From assembly GCA_964016885.1 (NCBI GenBank), contig OZ024741.1, positions 18,910,001 through 18,974,000 on the forward strand: a stretch of 64,000 bases of DNA, written 5' to 3'. Position 1 is the first letter of the stretch. Every line of letters starts with the position of its first letter. The translations under genes and the position numbers were made by a program. The notes below the pieces were generated by a model. The model did no database searches. It was not told where the DNA came from and saw only the letters and a list, made by a program, of their open reading frames with translations. Shown here one piece after another: positions 12,101 through 27,100 of the stretch. This DNA comes from Eledone cirrhosa. Lineage: Eukaryota.

Positions 12101-15100
12101 TGGACAGATCTATATAGACCAAGTCAGTACTGAAGTGATGGCTACTGCTCCCCAGGGTTGGACAGGTCTATATAGACCAAGTCAGTGTTGAAGTGATGGC
12201 TACTGCTCCCCAGCGTTGGACAGGTCTATATAGACCAAGTCAGTGTTGAAGTGATGGCTACTGTGTCCCAGGGTTGGACAGATCTATATAGACCAAGTCA
12301 GTACTGAAGTGATGGCTACTGCTCCCCAGGGTTGGACAGGTCTATATAGACCAAGTCAGTACTGAAGTGATAGCTACTGCTCCCCAGGGTTGGACAGGTC
12401 TATATCGACCAAGTCAGTACTGAAGTGATGGCTACTGCTCCCCAGGGTTGGACAGATCTATATAGACCAAGTCAGTGTTGAAGTGATGGCTACTGCTCCC
12501 CAGGGTTGGACAGGTCTATATAGACCAAGTCAGTACTGAAGTGATGGCTACTGCTCCCCAGGGTTGGACAGGTCTATATAGACCAAGTCAGTGTTGAAGT
12601 GATGGCTACTGCTCCCCAGGGTTGGACAGGTCTATATAGACCAAGTCAGTACTGAAGTGATGGATACTACTCCTCAGGGTTGGACAGGTCTATATAGACC
12701 AAGTCAGTGTTGAAGTGATGGCTACTGCTCCCCAGGGTTGGACAGGTCTATATAGACCAAGTAAGTGTTGAAGTGATGGCTACTGCTCCCCAGGGTTGGA
12801 CAGATCTATATAGACCAAGTCAGTGTTGAAGTGATGGCTACTGCTCCCCAGGGTTGGACAGATCTATATAGACCAAATCAGTGTTGAAGTGATGGCTACT
12901 GCTCCCCAGGGTTGGACAGATCTATATAGATCAAGTCAGTACTTAAGTGATGGCTACTGCTCCCCAGGGTTGGACAGATCTATATAGACCAAGTCAGTAC
13001 TTAAGTGATGGCTACTGCTCCCCAGGGTTGGACAGATCTATATAGACCAAGTCAGTGTTGAAGTGATGGCTACTGCTCCCCAGGGTTGGACAGGTCTATA
13101 TAGACCAAGTCAGTGTTGAAGTGATGGCTACTGCTCCCCAGGGTTGGACAGGTCTATATAGACCAAGTCAGTACTGAAGTGATGGCTACTGCTCCCCAGG
13201 GTTGGACAGATCTATATAGACCAAGTCAGTACTTAAGTGATGGCTACTGCTCCCCAGGGTTGGACAGATCTATATAGACCAAGTCAGTACTTAAGTGATG
13301 GCTACTGCTCCCCAGGGTTGGACAGATCTATATAGACCAAGTCAGTGTTGAAGTGATGGCTACTGCTCCCCAGGGTTGGACAGGTCTATATAGACCAAGT
13401 CAGTGTTGAAGTGATGGCTACTGCTCCCCAGGGTTGGACAGATCTATATAGACCAAGTCAGTGTTGAAGTGATGGCTACTGCTCCCCAGGGTTGGACAGG
13501 TCTATATAGACCAAGTCAGTGTTGAAGTGATGGCTACTGCTCCCCAGGGTTGGACAGATCTATATAGACCAAGTCAGTGTTGAAGTGATGGCTACTGCTC
13601 CCCAGGGTTGGACAGATCTATATAGACCAAGTCAGTGTTGAAGTGATGGCTACTGCTCCCCAGGGTTGGACAGGTCTATATAGACCAAGTCAGTGTTGAA
13701 GTGATGGCTACTGCTCCCCAGGGTTGGACAGGTCTATATAGACCAAGTCAGTGTTGAAGTGATGGCTACTGCTCCCCAGGGTTGGACAGGTCTATATAGA
13801 CCAAGTCAGTGTTGAAGTGATGGCTACTGCTCCCCAGGGTTGGACAGGTCTATATAGACCAAGTCAGTACTGAAGTGATGGCTACTGCTCCCCAGGGTTG
13901 GACAGATCTATATAGACCAAGTCAGTACTGAAGTGATGGCTACTGCTCCCCAGGGTTGGACAGGTCTATATAGACCAAGTCAGTGTTGAAGTGATGGCTA
14001 CTGCTCCCCAGGGTTGGACAGATCTATATAGACCAAGTCAGTGTTGAAGTGATGGCTACTGCTCCCCAGGGTTGGACAGGTCTATATAGACCAAGTCAGT
14101 GTTGAAGTGATGGCTACTGCTCCCCAGCGCTGGACAGGTCTATATAGACCAAGTCAGTGTTGAAGTGATGGCTACTGCTCCCCAGGGTTGGACAGGTCTA
14201 TATAGACCAAGTCAGTGTTGAAGTGATGGCTACTGCTCCTCAGGGTTGGACAGGTCTATATAGACCAAGTCAGTGTTGAAGTGATGGCTACTGCTCCCCA
14301 GGGTTGGACAGGTCTATATAGACCAAGTCAGTGTTGAAGTGATGGCTACTGCTCCCCAGGGTTGGACAGGTCTATATAGACCAAGTCAGTGTTGAAGTGA
14401 TGGCTACTGCTCCCCAGGGTTGGACAGGTCTATATAGACCAAGTCAGTGTTGAAGTGATGGCTACTGCTCCCCAGTGTTGGACAGGTCTATATAGACCAA
14501 GTCAGTACTGAAGTGATAGCTACTGCTCCCCAGGGTTGGACAGGTCTATATAGACCAAGTCAGTGTTGAAGTGATGGCTACTGCTCCCCAGGGTTGGACA
14601 GATCTATATAGACCAAGTCAGTACTTAAGTGATGGCTACTGCTCCCCAGGGTTGGACAGATCTATATAGACCAAGTCAGTGTTGAAGTGATGGCTACTGC
14701 TCCCCAGGGTTGGACAGATCTATATAGACCAAGTCAGTACTGAAGTGATGGCTACTGCTCCCCAGGGTTGGACAGGTCTATATAGACCAAGTCAGTGTTG
14801 AAGTGATGGCTACTGCGTCCCATGGTTGGACAGATCTATATAGACCAAGTCAGTACTGAAGTGATGGCTACTGCTCCCCAGGGTTGGACAGGTCTATATA
14901 GACCAAGTCAGTACTGAAGTGATAGCTACTGCTCCCCAGGGTTGGACAGGTCTATATAGACCAAGTCAGTACTGAAGTGATGGCTACTGCTCCCCAGGGT
15001 TGGACAGGTCTATATAGACCAAGTCAGTACTGAAGTGATGGCTACTGCTCCCCAGGGTTGGACAGGTCTATATAGACCAAGTCAGTGTTGAAGTGATGGC

Positions 15101-18100
15101 TACTGCTCCCCAGGGTTGGACAGGTCTATATAGACCAAGTCAGTACTGAAGTGATGGCTACTGCTCCCCAGGGTTGGACAGATCTATATAGACCAAGTCA
15201 GTACTGAAGTGATGGCTACTGCTCCCCAGGGTTGGACAGATCTATATAGACCAAGTCAGTGTTGAAGTGATGGCTACTGCTCCCCAGGGTTGGACAGATC
15301 TATATAGACCAAGTCAGTGCTGAAGTGATGGCTACTGCTCCCCAGGGTTGGACAGGTCTATATAGACCAAGTCAGTACTGAAGTGATGGCTACTGCTCCC
15401 CAGGGTTGGACAGGTCTATATAGACCAAGTCAGTGTTGAAGTGATGGCTATTGCTCCCCAGGGTTGGACAGGTCTATATAGACCAAGTCAGTACTGAAGT
15501 GATGGCTACTGCTCCCCAGGGTTAGACAGATCTATATAGACCAAGTCAGTGTTGAAGTGATGGCTACTGCTCCACAGGATTGGACAGGTCTATATAGACC
15601 AAGTCAGTACTGAAGTGATGGCTACTGCTCCCCAGGGTTGGACAGGTCTATATAAACCAAGTCAGTGTTGAAGTGATGGCTACTGCTCCCCAGGGTTGGA
15701 CAGGTCTATATAGACCAAGGCAGTGTTGAAGTGATGGCTACTGCTCCCCAGGGTTGGACAGGTCTATATAGACCAAGTCAGTGTTGAAGTGATGGCTACT
15801 GCTCCCCAGGGTTGGACAGGTCTATATAGACCAAGTCAGTGTTGAAGTGATGGCTACTGCTCCCCAGGGTTGGACAGGTCTATATAGACCAAGTCAGTAC
15901 TGAAGTGATGGCTACTGCTCCCCAGGGTTGGACAGATCTATATAGACCAAGTCAGTGTTGAAGTGATGGCTACTGCTCCCCAGGGTTGGACAGGTCTATA
16001 TAGACCAAGTCAGTACTGAAGTGATGGCTACTGCTCCCCAGGGTTGGACAGATCTATATAGACCAAGTCAGTGTTGAAGTGATGGCTACTGCTCCCCAGG
16101 GTTGGACAGATCTATATAGACCAAGTCAGTGTTGAAGTGATGGCTACTGCTCCCCAGGGTTGGACAGGTCTATATAGACCAAGTCAGTGCTGAAGTGATG
16201 GCTACTGCTCCCCAGGGTTGGACAGGTCTATATAGACCAAGTCAGTGTTGAAGTGATGGCTACTGCTCCCCAGGGTTGGACAGATCTATATAGACCAAGT
16301 AGGTGTTGAAGTGATGGCTACTGCGTCCCAGGGTTGGACAGGTCTATATAGACCAAGTCAGTACTGAAGTGATGGCTACTGCTCCCCAGGGTTGGACAGA
16401 TCTATATAGACCAAGTCAGTACTGAAGTGATGGCTACTGCTCCCCAGGGTTGGACAGATCTATATAGACCAAGTCAGTGTTGAAGTGATGGCTACTGCTC
16501 CCCAGGGTTGGACAGATCTATATAGACCAAGTCAGTACTGAAGTGATGGCTACTGTTCCCCAGGGTTGGACAGGTCTATATAGACCAAGTCAGTACTGAA
16601 GTGATGGCTACTGCTCCCCAGGGTTGGACAGATCTATTTAGACCAAGTCAGTGTTGAAGTGATGACTACTGCTCCCCAGGGTTGGACAGGTCTATATAGA
16701 CCAAGTCAGTGTTGAAGTGATGACTACTGCTCCCCAGGGTTGGACAGGTCTATATAGACCAAGTCAGTGTTGAAGTGATGGCTACTGCTCCCCAGGGTTG
16801 GACAGGTCTATATAGACCAAGTCAGTGTTGAAGTGATGACTACTGCTCCCCAGGGTTGGACAGATCTATATAGACCAAGTCAGTGTTGAAGTGATGGCTA
16901 CTGCTCCCCAGGGTTGGACAGATCTATATAGACCAAGTCAGTGTTGAAGTGATGGCTACTGCTCCCCAGGGTTGGACAGGTCTATATAGACCAAGTCAGT
17001 ACTGAAGTGATGGCTACTGCTCCCCAGGGTTGGACAGATCTATATAGACCAAGTCAGTGTTGAAGTGATGGCTACTGCTCCCCAGGGTTGGACAGATCTA
17101 TATAGACCAAGTCAGTGTTGAAGTGATGGCTACTGCTCCCCAGGGTTGGACAGGTCTATATAGACCAAGTCAGTGTTGAAGTGATGGCTACTGCTCCCCA
17201 GGGTTGGACAGATCTATATAGACCAAGTCAGTGTTGAAGTGATGGCTACTGCTCCCCAGGGTTGGACAGATCTATATAGACCAAGTCAGTGTTGAAGTGA
17301 TGGCTACTGCTCCCCAGGGTTGGACAGGTCTATATAGACCAAGTCAGTGTTGAAGTGATGGCTACTGCTCCCCAGGGTTGGACAGATCTATATAGACCAA
17401 GTCAGTGTTGAAGTGATGGCTACTGCTCCCCAGGGTTGGACAGATCTATATAGACCAAGTCAGTGTTGAAGTGATGGCTACTGCTCCCCAGGGTTGGACA
17501 GGTCTATATAGACCAAGTCAGTGTTGAAGTGATGGCTACTGCTCCCCAGGGTTGGACAGATCTATATAGACCAAGTCAGTGTTGAAGTGATGGCTACTGC
17601 TCCCCAGGGTTGGACAGATCTATATAGACCAAGTCAGTGTTGAAGTGATGGCTACTGCTCCCCAGGGTTGGACAGGTCTATATAGACCAAGTCAGTGTTG
17701 AAGTGATGGCTACTGCTCCCCAGGGTTGGACAGATCTATATAGACCAAGTCAGTGTTGAAGTGATGGCTACTGCTCCCCAGGGTTGGACAGATCTATATA
17801 GACCAAGTCAGTGTTGAAGTGGTGGCTACTGCTCCCCAGGGTTGGACAGGTCTATATAGACCAAGTCAGTGTTGAAGTGATGGCTACTGCTCCCCAGGGT
17901 TGGACAGATCTATATAGACCAAGTCAGTGTTGAAGTGATGGCTACTGCTCCCCAGGGTTGGACAGGTCTATATAGACCAAGTCAGTGTTGAAGTGATGGC
18001 TACTGCTCCCCAGGGTTGGACAGATCTATATAGACCAAGTCAGTGTTGAAGTGATGGCTACTGCTCCCCAGGGTTGGACAGGTCTATATAGACCAAGGCA

Positions 18101-21100
18101 GTGTTGAAGTGATGGCTACTGCTCCCCAGGGTTGGACAGGTCTATATAGACCAAGTCAGTGTTGAAGTGATGGCTACTGCTCCCCAGGGTTGGACAGATC
18201 TATATAGACCAAGTCAGTGTTGAAGTGATGGCTACTGCTCCCCAGGGTTGGACAGGTCTATATAGACCAAGGCAGTGTTGAAGTGATGGCTACTGCTCCC
18301 CAGGGTTGGACAGGTCTATATAGACCAAGTCAGTGTTGAAGTGATGGCTACTGCTCCCCAGGGTTAGACAGGTCTATATAGACCAAGTCAGTGTTGAAGT
18401 GATGGCTACTGCTCCCCAGGGTTGGACAGGTCTTTATAGACCAAGTCAGTACTGAAGTGATAGCTACTGCTCCCCAGGGTTGGACAGGTCTATATAGACC
18501 AAGTCAGTGTTGAAGTGATGGCTACTGCTCCCCAGGGTTGGACAGATCTATATAGACCAAGTCAGTACTGAAGTGATGGCTACTGCTCCCCAGGGTTGGA
18601 CAGGTCTATATAGACCAAGTCAGTGTTGAAGTGATGGCTACTGCTCCCCAGGGTTGGACAGGTCTATATAGACCAAGTCAGTGTTGAAGTGATGGCTACT
18701 GCGTCCCATGGTTGGACAGATCTATATAGACCAAGTCAGTACTGAAGTGATGGCTACTGCTCCCCAGGGTTGGACAGGTCTATATAGACCAAGTCAGTAC
18801 TGAAGTGATAGCTACTGCTCCCCAGGGTTGGACAGGTCTATATAGACCAAGTCAGTACTGAAGTGATGGCTACTGCTCCCCAGGGTTGGACAGGTCTATA
18901 TAGACCAAGTCAGTACTGAAGTGATGGCTACTGCTCCCCAGGGTTGGACAGGTCTATATAGACCAAGTCAGTGTTGAAGTGATGGCTACTGCTCCCCAGG
19001 GTTGGACAGGTCTATATAGACCAAGTCAGTACTGAAGTGATGGCTACTGCTCCCCAGGGTTGGACAGATCTATATAGACAAGTCAGTACTGAAGTGATGG
19101 CTACTGCTCCCCAGGGTTGGACAGATCTATATAGACCAAGTCAGTGTTGAAGTGATGGCTACTGCTCCCCAGGGTTGGACAGATCTATATAGACCAAGTC
19201 AGTGCTGAAGTGATGGCTACTGCTCCCCAGGGTTGGACAGGTCTATATAGACCAAGTCAGTGTTGAAGTGATGACTACTGCTCCCCAGGGTTGGACAGAT
19301 CTATATAGACCAAGTCAGTACTGAAGTGATGGCTACTGCTCCCCAGGGTTGGACAGGTCTATATAGACCAAGTCAGTACTGAAGTGATGGCTACTGCTCC
19401 CCAGGGTTGGACAGATCTATATAGACCAAGTCAGTACTGAAGTGATGGCTACTGCTCCCCAGGGTTGGACAGGTCTATATAGACCAAGTCAGTGTTGAAG
19501 TGATGGCTATTGCTCCCCAGGGTTGGACAGGTCTATATAGACCAAGTCAGTACTGAAGTGATGGCTACTGCTCCCCAGGGTTAGACAGATCTATATAGAC
19601 CAAGTCAGTGTTGAAGTGATGGCTACTGCTCCACAGGGTTGGACAGGTCTATATAGACCAAGTCAGTACTGAAGTGATGGCTACTGCTCCCCAGGGTTGG
19701 ACAGGTCTATATAAACCAAGTCAGTGTTGAAGTGATGGCTACTGCTCCCCAGGGTTGGACAGGTCTATATAGACCAAGGCAGTGTTGAAGTGATGGCTAC
19801 TGCTCCCCAGGGTTAGACAGGTCTATATAGACCAAGTCAGTGTTGAAGTGATGGCTACTGCTCCCCAGGGTTGGACAGGTCTATATAGACCAAGTCAGTG
19901 TTGAAGTGATGGCTACTGCTCCCCAGGGTTGGACAGGTCTATATAGACCAAGTCAGTGTTGAAGTGATGGCTACTGCTCCCCAGGGTTGGACAGGTCTAT
20001 ATAGACCAAGTCAGTACTGAAGTGATGGCTACTGCTCCCCAGGGTTGGACAGATCTATATAGACCAAGTCAGTGTTGAAGTGATGGCTACTGCTCCCCAG
20101 GGTTGGACAGATCTATATAGACCAAGTCAGTGTTGAAGTGATGGCTACTGCTCCCCAGGGTTGGACAGGTCTATATAGACCAAGTCAGTGTTGAAGTGAT
20201 GGCTACTGCTCCCCAGGGTTGGACAGATCTATATAGACCAAGTCAGTGTTGAAGTGATGGCTACTGCTCCCCAGGGTTGGACAGGTCTATATAGACCAAG
20301 TCAGTACTGAAGTGATGGCTACTGCTCCCCAGGGTTGGACAGATCTATATAGACCAAGTCAGTGTTGAAGTGATGGCTACTGCTCCCCAGGGTTGGACAG
20401 GTCTATATAGACCAAGTCAGTACTGAAGTGATGGCTACTGTTCCCCAGGGTTGGACAGATCTATATAGACCAAGTCAGTGTTGAAGTGATGGCTACTGCT
20501 CCCCAGGGTTGGACAGATCTATATAGACCAAGTCAGTGTTGAAGTGATGGCTACTGCTCCCAAGGGTTGGACAGGTCTATATAGACCAAGTCAGTACTGA
20601 AGTGATGGCTACTGCTCCCCAGGGTTGGACAGATCTATATAGACCAAGTCAGTGTTGAAGTGATGGCTACTGCTCCCCAGGGTTGGACAGATCTATATAG
20701 ACCAAGTCAGTGTTGAAGTGATGGCTACTGCTCCCCAGGGTTGGACAGGTCTATATAGACCAAGTCAGTACTGAAGTGATGGCTACTGCTCCCCAGGGTT
20801 GGACAGATCTATATAGACCAAGTCAGTGTTGAAGTTATGGCTACTGCGTCCCAGGGTTGGACAGGTCTATATAGACCAAGTCAGTGTTGAAGTGATGGCT
20901 ACTGCGTCCCAGGGTTGGACAGGTCTATATAGACCAAGTCAGTACTGAAGTGATGGCTACTGCTCCCCAGGGTTGGACAGATCTATATAGACCAAGTCAG
21001 TACTGAAGTGATGGCTACTGCTCCCCAGGGTTGGACAGATCTATATAGACCAAGTCAGTGTTGAAGTGATGGCTACTGCTCCCCAGGGTTGGACAGATCT

Positions 21101-24100
21101 ATATAGACCAAGTCAGTACTGAAGTGATGGCTACTGTTCCCCAGGGTTGGACAGGTCTATATAGACCAAGTCAGTACTGAAGTGATGGCTACTGCTCCCC
21201 AGGGTTGGACAGATCTATATAGACCAAGTCAGTACTGAAGTGATGGCTACTGCTCCCCAGGGTTGGACAGATCTATATAGACCAAGTCAGTGTTGAAGTG
21301 ATGGCTACTGCTCCCCAGGGTTGGACAGATCTATATAGACCAAGTCAGTGTTGAAGTGATGGCTACTGCTCCCCAGGGTTGGACAGGTCTATATAGACCA
21401 AGTCAGTGTTGAAGTGATGGCTACTGCTCCCCAGGGTTGGACAGATCTATATAGACCAAGTCAGTGTTGAAGTGATGGCTACTGCTCCCCAGGGTTGGAC
21501 AGATCTATATAGACCAAGTCAGTGTTGAAGTGATGGCTACTGCTCCCCAGGGTTGGATAGGTCTATATAGACCAAGTCAGTGTTGAAGTGATGGCTACTG
21601 CTCCCCAGGGTTGGACAGATCTATATAGACCAAGTCAGTGTTGAAGTGATGGCTACTGCTCCCCAGGGTTGGACAGATCTATATAGACCAAGTCAGTGTT
21701 GAAGTGATGGCTACTGCTCCCCAGGGTTGGACAGATCTATATAGACCAAGTCAGTGTTGAAGTGGTGGCTACTGCTCCCCAGGGTTGGACAGGTCTATAT
21801 AGACCAAGTCAGTGTTGAAGTGATGGCTACTGCTCCCCAGGGTTAGACAGGTCTATATAGACCAAGTCAGTGTTGAAGTGATGGCTACTGCTCCCCAGGG
21901 TTGGACAGGTCTTTATAGACCAAGTCAGTACTGAAGTGATAGCTACTGCTCCCCAGGGTTGGACAGGTCTATATAGACCAAGTCAGTACTGAAGTGATGG
22001 CTACTGCTCCCCAGGGTTAGACAGGTCTATATAGACCAAGTCAGTACTGAAGTGATGGCTACTGCTCCCCAGGGTTGGACAGGTCTATATAGACCAAGTC
22101 AGTACTGAAGTGATGGCTACTGCTCCCCAGGGTTGGACAGGACTATATAAACCAAGTCAGTGTTGAAGTGATGGCTACTGCTCCCCAGGGTTGGACAGGT
22201 CTATATAGACCAAGGCAGTGTTGAAGTGATGGCTACTGCTCCCCAGGGTTAGACAGGTCTATATAGACCAAGTCAGTGTTGAAGTGATGGCTACTGCTCC
22301 CCAGGGTTGGACAGGTCTATATAGACCAAGTCAGTGTTGAAGTGATGGCTACTGCTCCCCAGGGTTGGACAGGTCTATATAGACCAAGTCAGTGTTGAAG
22401 TGATGGCTACTGCTCCCCAGGGTTGGACAGGTCTATATAGACCAAGTCAGTACTGAAGTGATGGCTACTGCTCCCCAGGGTTGGACAGATCTATATAGAC
22501 CAAGTCAGTGTTGAAGTGATGGCTACTGCTCCCCAGGGTTGGACAGATCTATATAGACCAAGTCAGTGTTGAAGTGATGGCTACTGCTCCCCAGGGTTGG
22601 ACAGGTCTATATAGACCAAGTCAGTGTTGAAGTGATGGCTACTGCTCCCCAGGGTTGGACAGATCTATATAGACCAAGTCAGTGTTGAAGTGATGGCTAC
22701 TGCTCCCCAGGGTTGGACAGGTCTATATAGACCAAGTCAGTGTTGAAGTGATGGCTACTGCTCCCCAGGGTTGGACAGATCTATATAGACCAAGTCAGTG
22801 TTGAAGTGATGGCTACTGCTCCCCAGGGTTGGACAGGTCTTTATAGACCAAGTCAGTGTTGAAGTGATGGCTACTGCTCCCCAGGGTTGGACAGGTCTAT
22901 ATAGACCAAGTCAGTACTGAAGTGATAGCTACTGCTCCCCAGGGTTGGACAGGTCTTTATAGACCAAGTCAGTACTGAAGTGATAGCTACTGCTCCCCAG
23001 GGTTGGACAGGTCTATATAGACCAAGTCAGTACTGAAGTGATGGCTACTGCTCCCCAGGGTTAGACAGGTCTATATAGACCAAGTCAGTACTGAAGTGAT
23101 GGCTACTGCTCCCCAGGGTTGGACAGGTCTATATAGACCAAGTCAGTGTTGAAGTGATGGCTACTGCTCCCCAGGGTTGGACAGGTCTTTATAGACCAAG
23201 TCAGTACTGAAGTGATAGCTACTGCTCCCCAGGGTTGGACAGGTCTATATAGACCAAGTCAGTACTGAAGTGATGGCTACTGCTCCCCAGGGTTAGACAG
23301 GTCTATATAGACCAAGTCAGTACTGAAGTGATGGCTACTGCTCCCCAGGGTTGGACAGGTCTATATAGACCAAGTCAGTGTTGAAGTGATGGCTACTGCT
23401 CCCCAGGGTTGGACAGGTCTTTATAGACCAAGTCAGTACTGAAGTGATAGCTACTGCTCCCCAGGGTTGGACAGGTCTATATAGACCAAGTCAGTGTTGA
23501 AGTGATGGCTACTGCTCCCCAGGGTTGGACAGGTCTTTATAGACCAAGTCAGTACTGAAGTGATAGCTACTGCTCCCCAGGGTTGGACAGGTCTATATAG
23601 ACCAAGTCAGTACTGAAGTGATGGCTACTGCTCCCCAGGGTTAGACAGGTCTATATAGACCAAGTCAGTACTGAAGTGATGGCTACTGCTCCCCAGGGTT
23701 GGACAGGTCTATATAGACCAAGTCAGTACTGAAGTGATGGCTACTGCTCCCCAGGGTTGGACAGGTCTATATAAACCAAGTCAGTGTTGAAGTGATGGCT
23801 ACTGCTCCCCAGGGTTAGACAGGTCTATATAGACCAAGTCAGTGTTGAAGTGATGGCTACTGCTCCCCAGGGTTGGACAGGTCTTTATAGACCAAGTCAG
23901 TACTGAAGTGATAGCTACTGCTCCCCAGGGTTGGACAGGTCTATATAGACCAAGTCAGTACTGAAGTGATGGCTACTGCTCCCCAGGGTTAGACAGGTCT
24001 ATATAGACCAAGTCAGTACTGAAGTGATGGCTACTGCTCCCCAGGGTTGGACAGGTCTATATAGACCAAGTCAGTACTGAAGTGATGGCTACTGCTCCCC

Positions 24101-27100
24101 AGGGTTGGACAGGTCTATATAAACCAAGTCAGTGTTGAAGTGATGGCTACTGCTCCCCAGGGTTAGACAGGTCTATATAGACCAAGTCAGTGTTAAAGTG
24201 ATGGCTACTGCTCCCCAGGGTTGGACAGGTCTTTATAGACCAAGTCAGTACTGAAGTGATAGCTACTGCTCCCCAGGGTTGGACAGGTCTATATAGACCA
24301 AGTCAGTACTGAAGTGATGGCTACTGCTCCCCAGGGTTAGACAGGTCTATATAGACCAAGTCAGTACTGAAGTGATGGCTACTGCTCCCCAGGGTTGGAC
24401 AGGTCTATATAGACCAAGTCAGTACTGAAGTGATGGCTACTGCTCCCCAGGGTTGGACAGGTCTATATAGACCAAGGCAGTGTTGAAGTGATGGCTACTG
24501 CTCCCCAGGGTTAGACAGGTCTATATAGACCAAGTCAGTGTTAAAGTGATGGCTACTGCTCCCCAGTGTTGGACAGGTCTATATAGACCAAGTCAGTGTT
24601 GAAGTGATGGCTACTGCTCCCCAGGGTTGGACAGGTCTATATAGACCAAGTCAGTGTTGAAGTGATGGCTACTGCTCCCCAGGGTTGGACAGGTCTATAT
24701 AGACCAAGTCAGTACTGAAGTGATGGCTACTGCTCCCCAGGGTTGGACAGATCTATATAGACCAAGTCAGTGTTGAAGTGATGGCTACTGCTCCCCAGGG
24801 TTGGACAGATCTATATAGACCAAGTCAGTGTTGAAGTGATGGCTACTGCTCCCCAGGGTTGGACAGGTCTATATAGACCAAGTCAGTGTTGAAGTGATGG
24901 CTACTGCTCCCCAGGGTTGGACAGATCTATATAGACCAAGTCAGTGTTGAAGTGATGGCTACTGCTCCCCAGGGTTGGACAGGTCTATATAGACCAAGTC
25001 AGTACTGAAGTGATGGCTACTGCTCCCCAGGGTTGGACAGATCTATATAGACCAAGTCAGTGTTGAAGTGATGGCTACTGCTCCCCAGGGTTGGACAGGT
25101 CTATATAGACCAAGTCAGTACTGAAGTGATGGCTACTGCTCCCCAGGGTTGGACAGATCTATATAGACCAAGTCAGTGTTGAAGTGATGGCTACTGCTCC
25201 CCAGGGTTGGACAGATCTATATAGACCAAGTCAGTGTTGAAGTGATGGCTACTGCTCCCCAGGGTTGGACAGGTCTATATAGACCAAGTCAGTACTGAAG
25301 TGATGGCTACTGCTCCCCAGGGTTGGACAGATCTATATAGACCAAGTCAGTGTTGAAGTTATGGCTACTGCGTCCCAGGGTTGGACAGGTCTATATAGAC
25401 CAAGTCAGTGTTGAAGTGATGGCTACTGCGTCCCAGGGTTGGACAGGTCTATATAGACCAAGTCAGTACTGAAGTGATGGCTACTGCTCCCCAGGGTTGG
25501 ACAGATCTATATAGACCAAGTCAGTACTGAAGTGATGGCTACTGCTCCCCAGGGTTGGACAGATCTATATAGACCAAGTCAGTGTTGAAGTGATGGCTAC
25601 TGCTCCCCAGGGTTGGACAGATCTATATAGACCAAGTCAGTACTGAAGTGATGGCTACTGTTCCCCAGGGTTGGACAGGTCTATATAGACCAAGTCAGTA
25701 CTGAAGTGATGGCTACTGCTCCCCAGGGTTGGACAGATCTATATAGACCAAGTCAGTACTGAAGTGATGGCTACTGCTCCCCAGGGTTGGACAGATCTAT
25801 ATAGACCAAGTCAGTGTTGAAGTGATGGCTACTGCTCCCCAGGGTTGGACAGATCTATATAGACCAAGTCAGTGTTGAAGTGATGGCTACTGCTCCCCAG
25901 GGTTGGACAGGTCTATATAGACCAAGTCAGTGTTGAAGTGATGGCTACTGCTCCCCAGGGTTGGACAGATCTATATAGACCAAGTCAGTGTTGAAGTGAT
26001 GGCTACTGCTCCCCAGGGTTGGACAGATCTATATAGACCAAGTCAGTGTTGAAGTGATGGCTACTGCTCCCCAGGGTTGGACAGGTCTATATAGACCAAG
26101 TCAGTGTTGAAGTGATGGCTACTGCTCCCCAGGGTTGGACAGATCTATATAGACCAAGTCAGTGTTGAAGTGATGGCTACTGCTCCCCAGGGTTGGACAG
26201 ATCTATATAGACCAAGTCAGTGTTGAAGTGATGGCTACTGCTCCCCAGGGTTGGACAGATCTATATAGACCAAGTCAGTGTTGAAGTGATGGCTACTGCT
26301 CCCCAGGGTTGGACAGATCTATATAGACCAAGTCAGTGTTGAAGTGGTGGCTACTGCTCCCCAGGGTTGGACAGGTCTATATAGACCAAGTCAGTGTTGA
26401 AGTGATGGCTACTGCTCCCCAGGGTTGGACAGATCTATATAGACCAAGTCAGTGTTGAAGTGGTGGCTACTGCTCCCCAGGGTTGGACAGGTCTATATAG
26501 ACCAAGTCAGTGTTGAAGTGATGGCTACTGCTCCCCAGGGTTGGACAGGTCTATATAGACCAAGTCAGTGTTGAAGTGATGGCTACTGCTCCCCAGGGTT
26601 GGACAGATCTATATAGACCAAGTCAGTGTTGAAGTGATGGCTACTGCTCCCCAGGGTTGGACAGGTCTATATAGACCAAGGCAGTGTTGAAGTGATGGCT
26701 ACTGCTCCCCAGGGTTGGACAGGTCTATATAGACCAAGTCAGTGTTGAAGTGATGGCTACTGCTCCCCAGGGTTAGACAGGTCTATATAGACCAAGTCAG
26801 TGTTGAAGTGATGGCTACTGCTCCCCAGGGTTGGACAGGTCTTTATAGACCAAGTCAGTACTGAAGTGATAGCTACTGCTCCCCAGGGTTGGACAGGTCT
26901 ATATAGACCAAGTCAGTGTTGAAGTGATGGCTACTGCTCCCCATGGTTGGACAGGTCTATATAGACCAAGTCAGTGTTGAAGTGATGGCTACTGCTCCCC
27001 AGGGTTGGACAGGTCTATATAGACCAAGTCAGTGTTGAAGTGATGGCTACTGCTCCCCAGGGTTGGACAGGTCTATATAGACCAAGTCAGTGTTGAAGTG

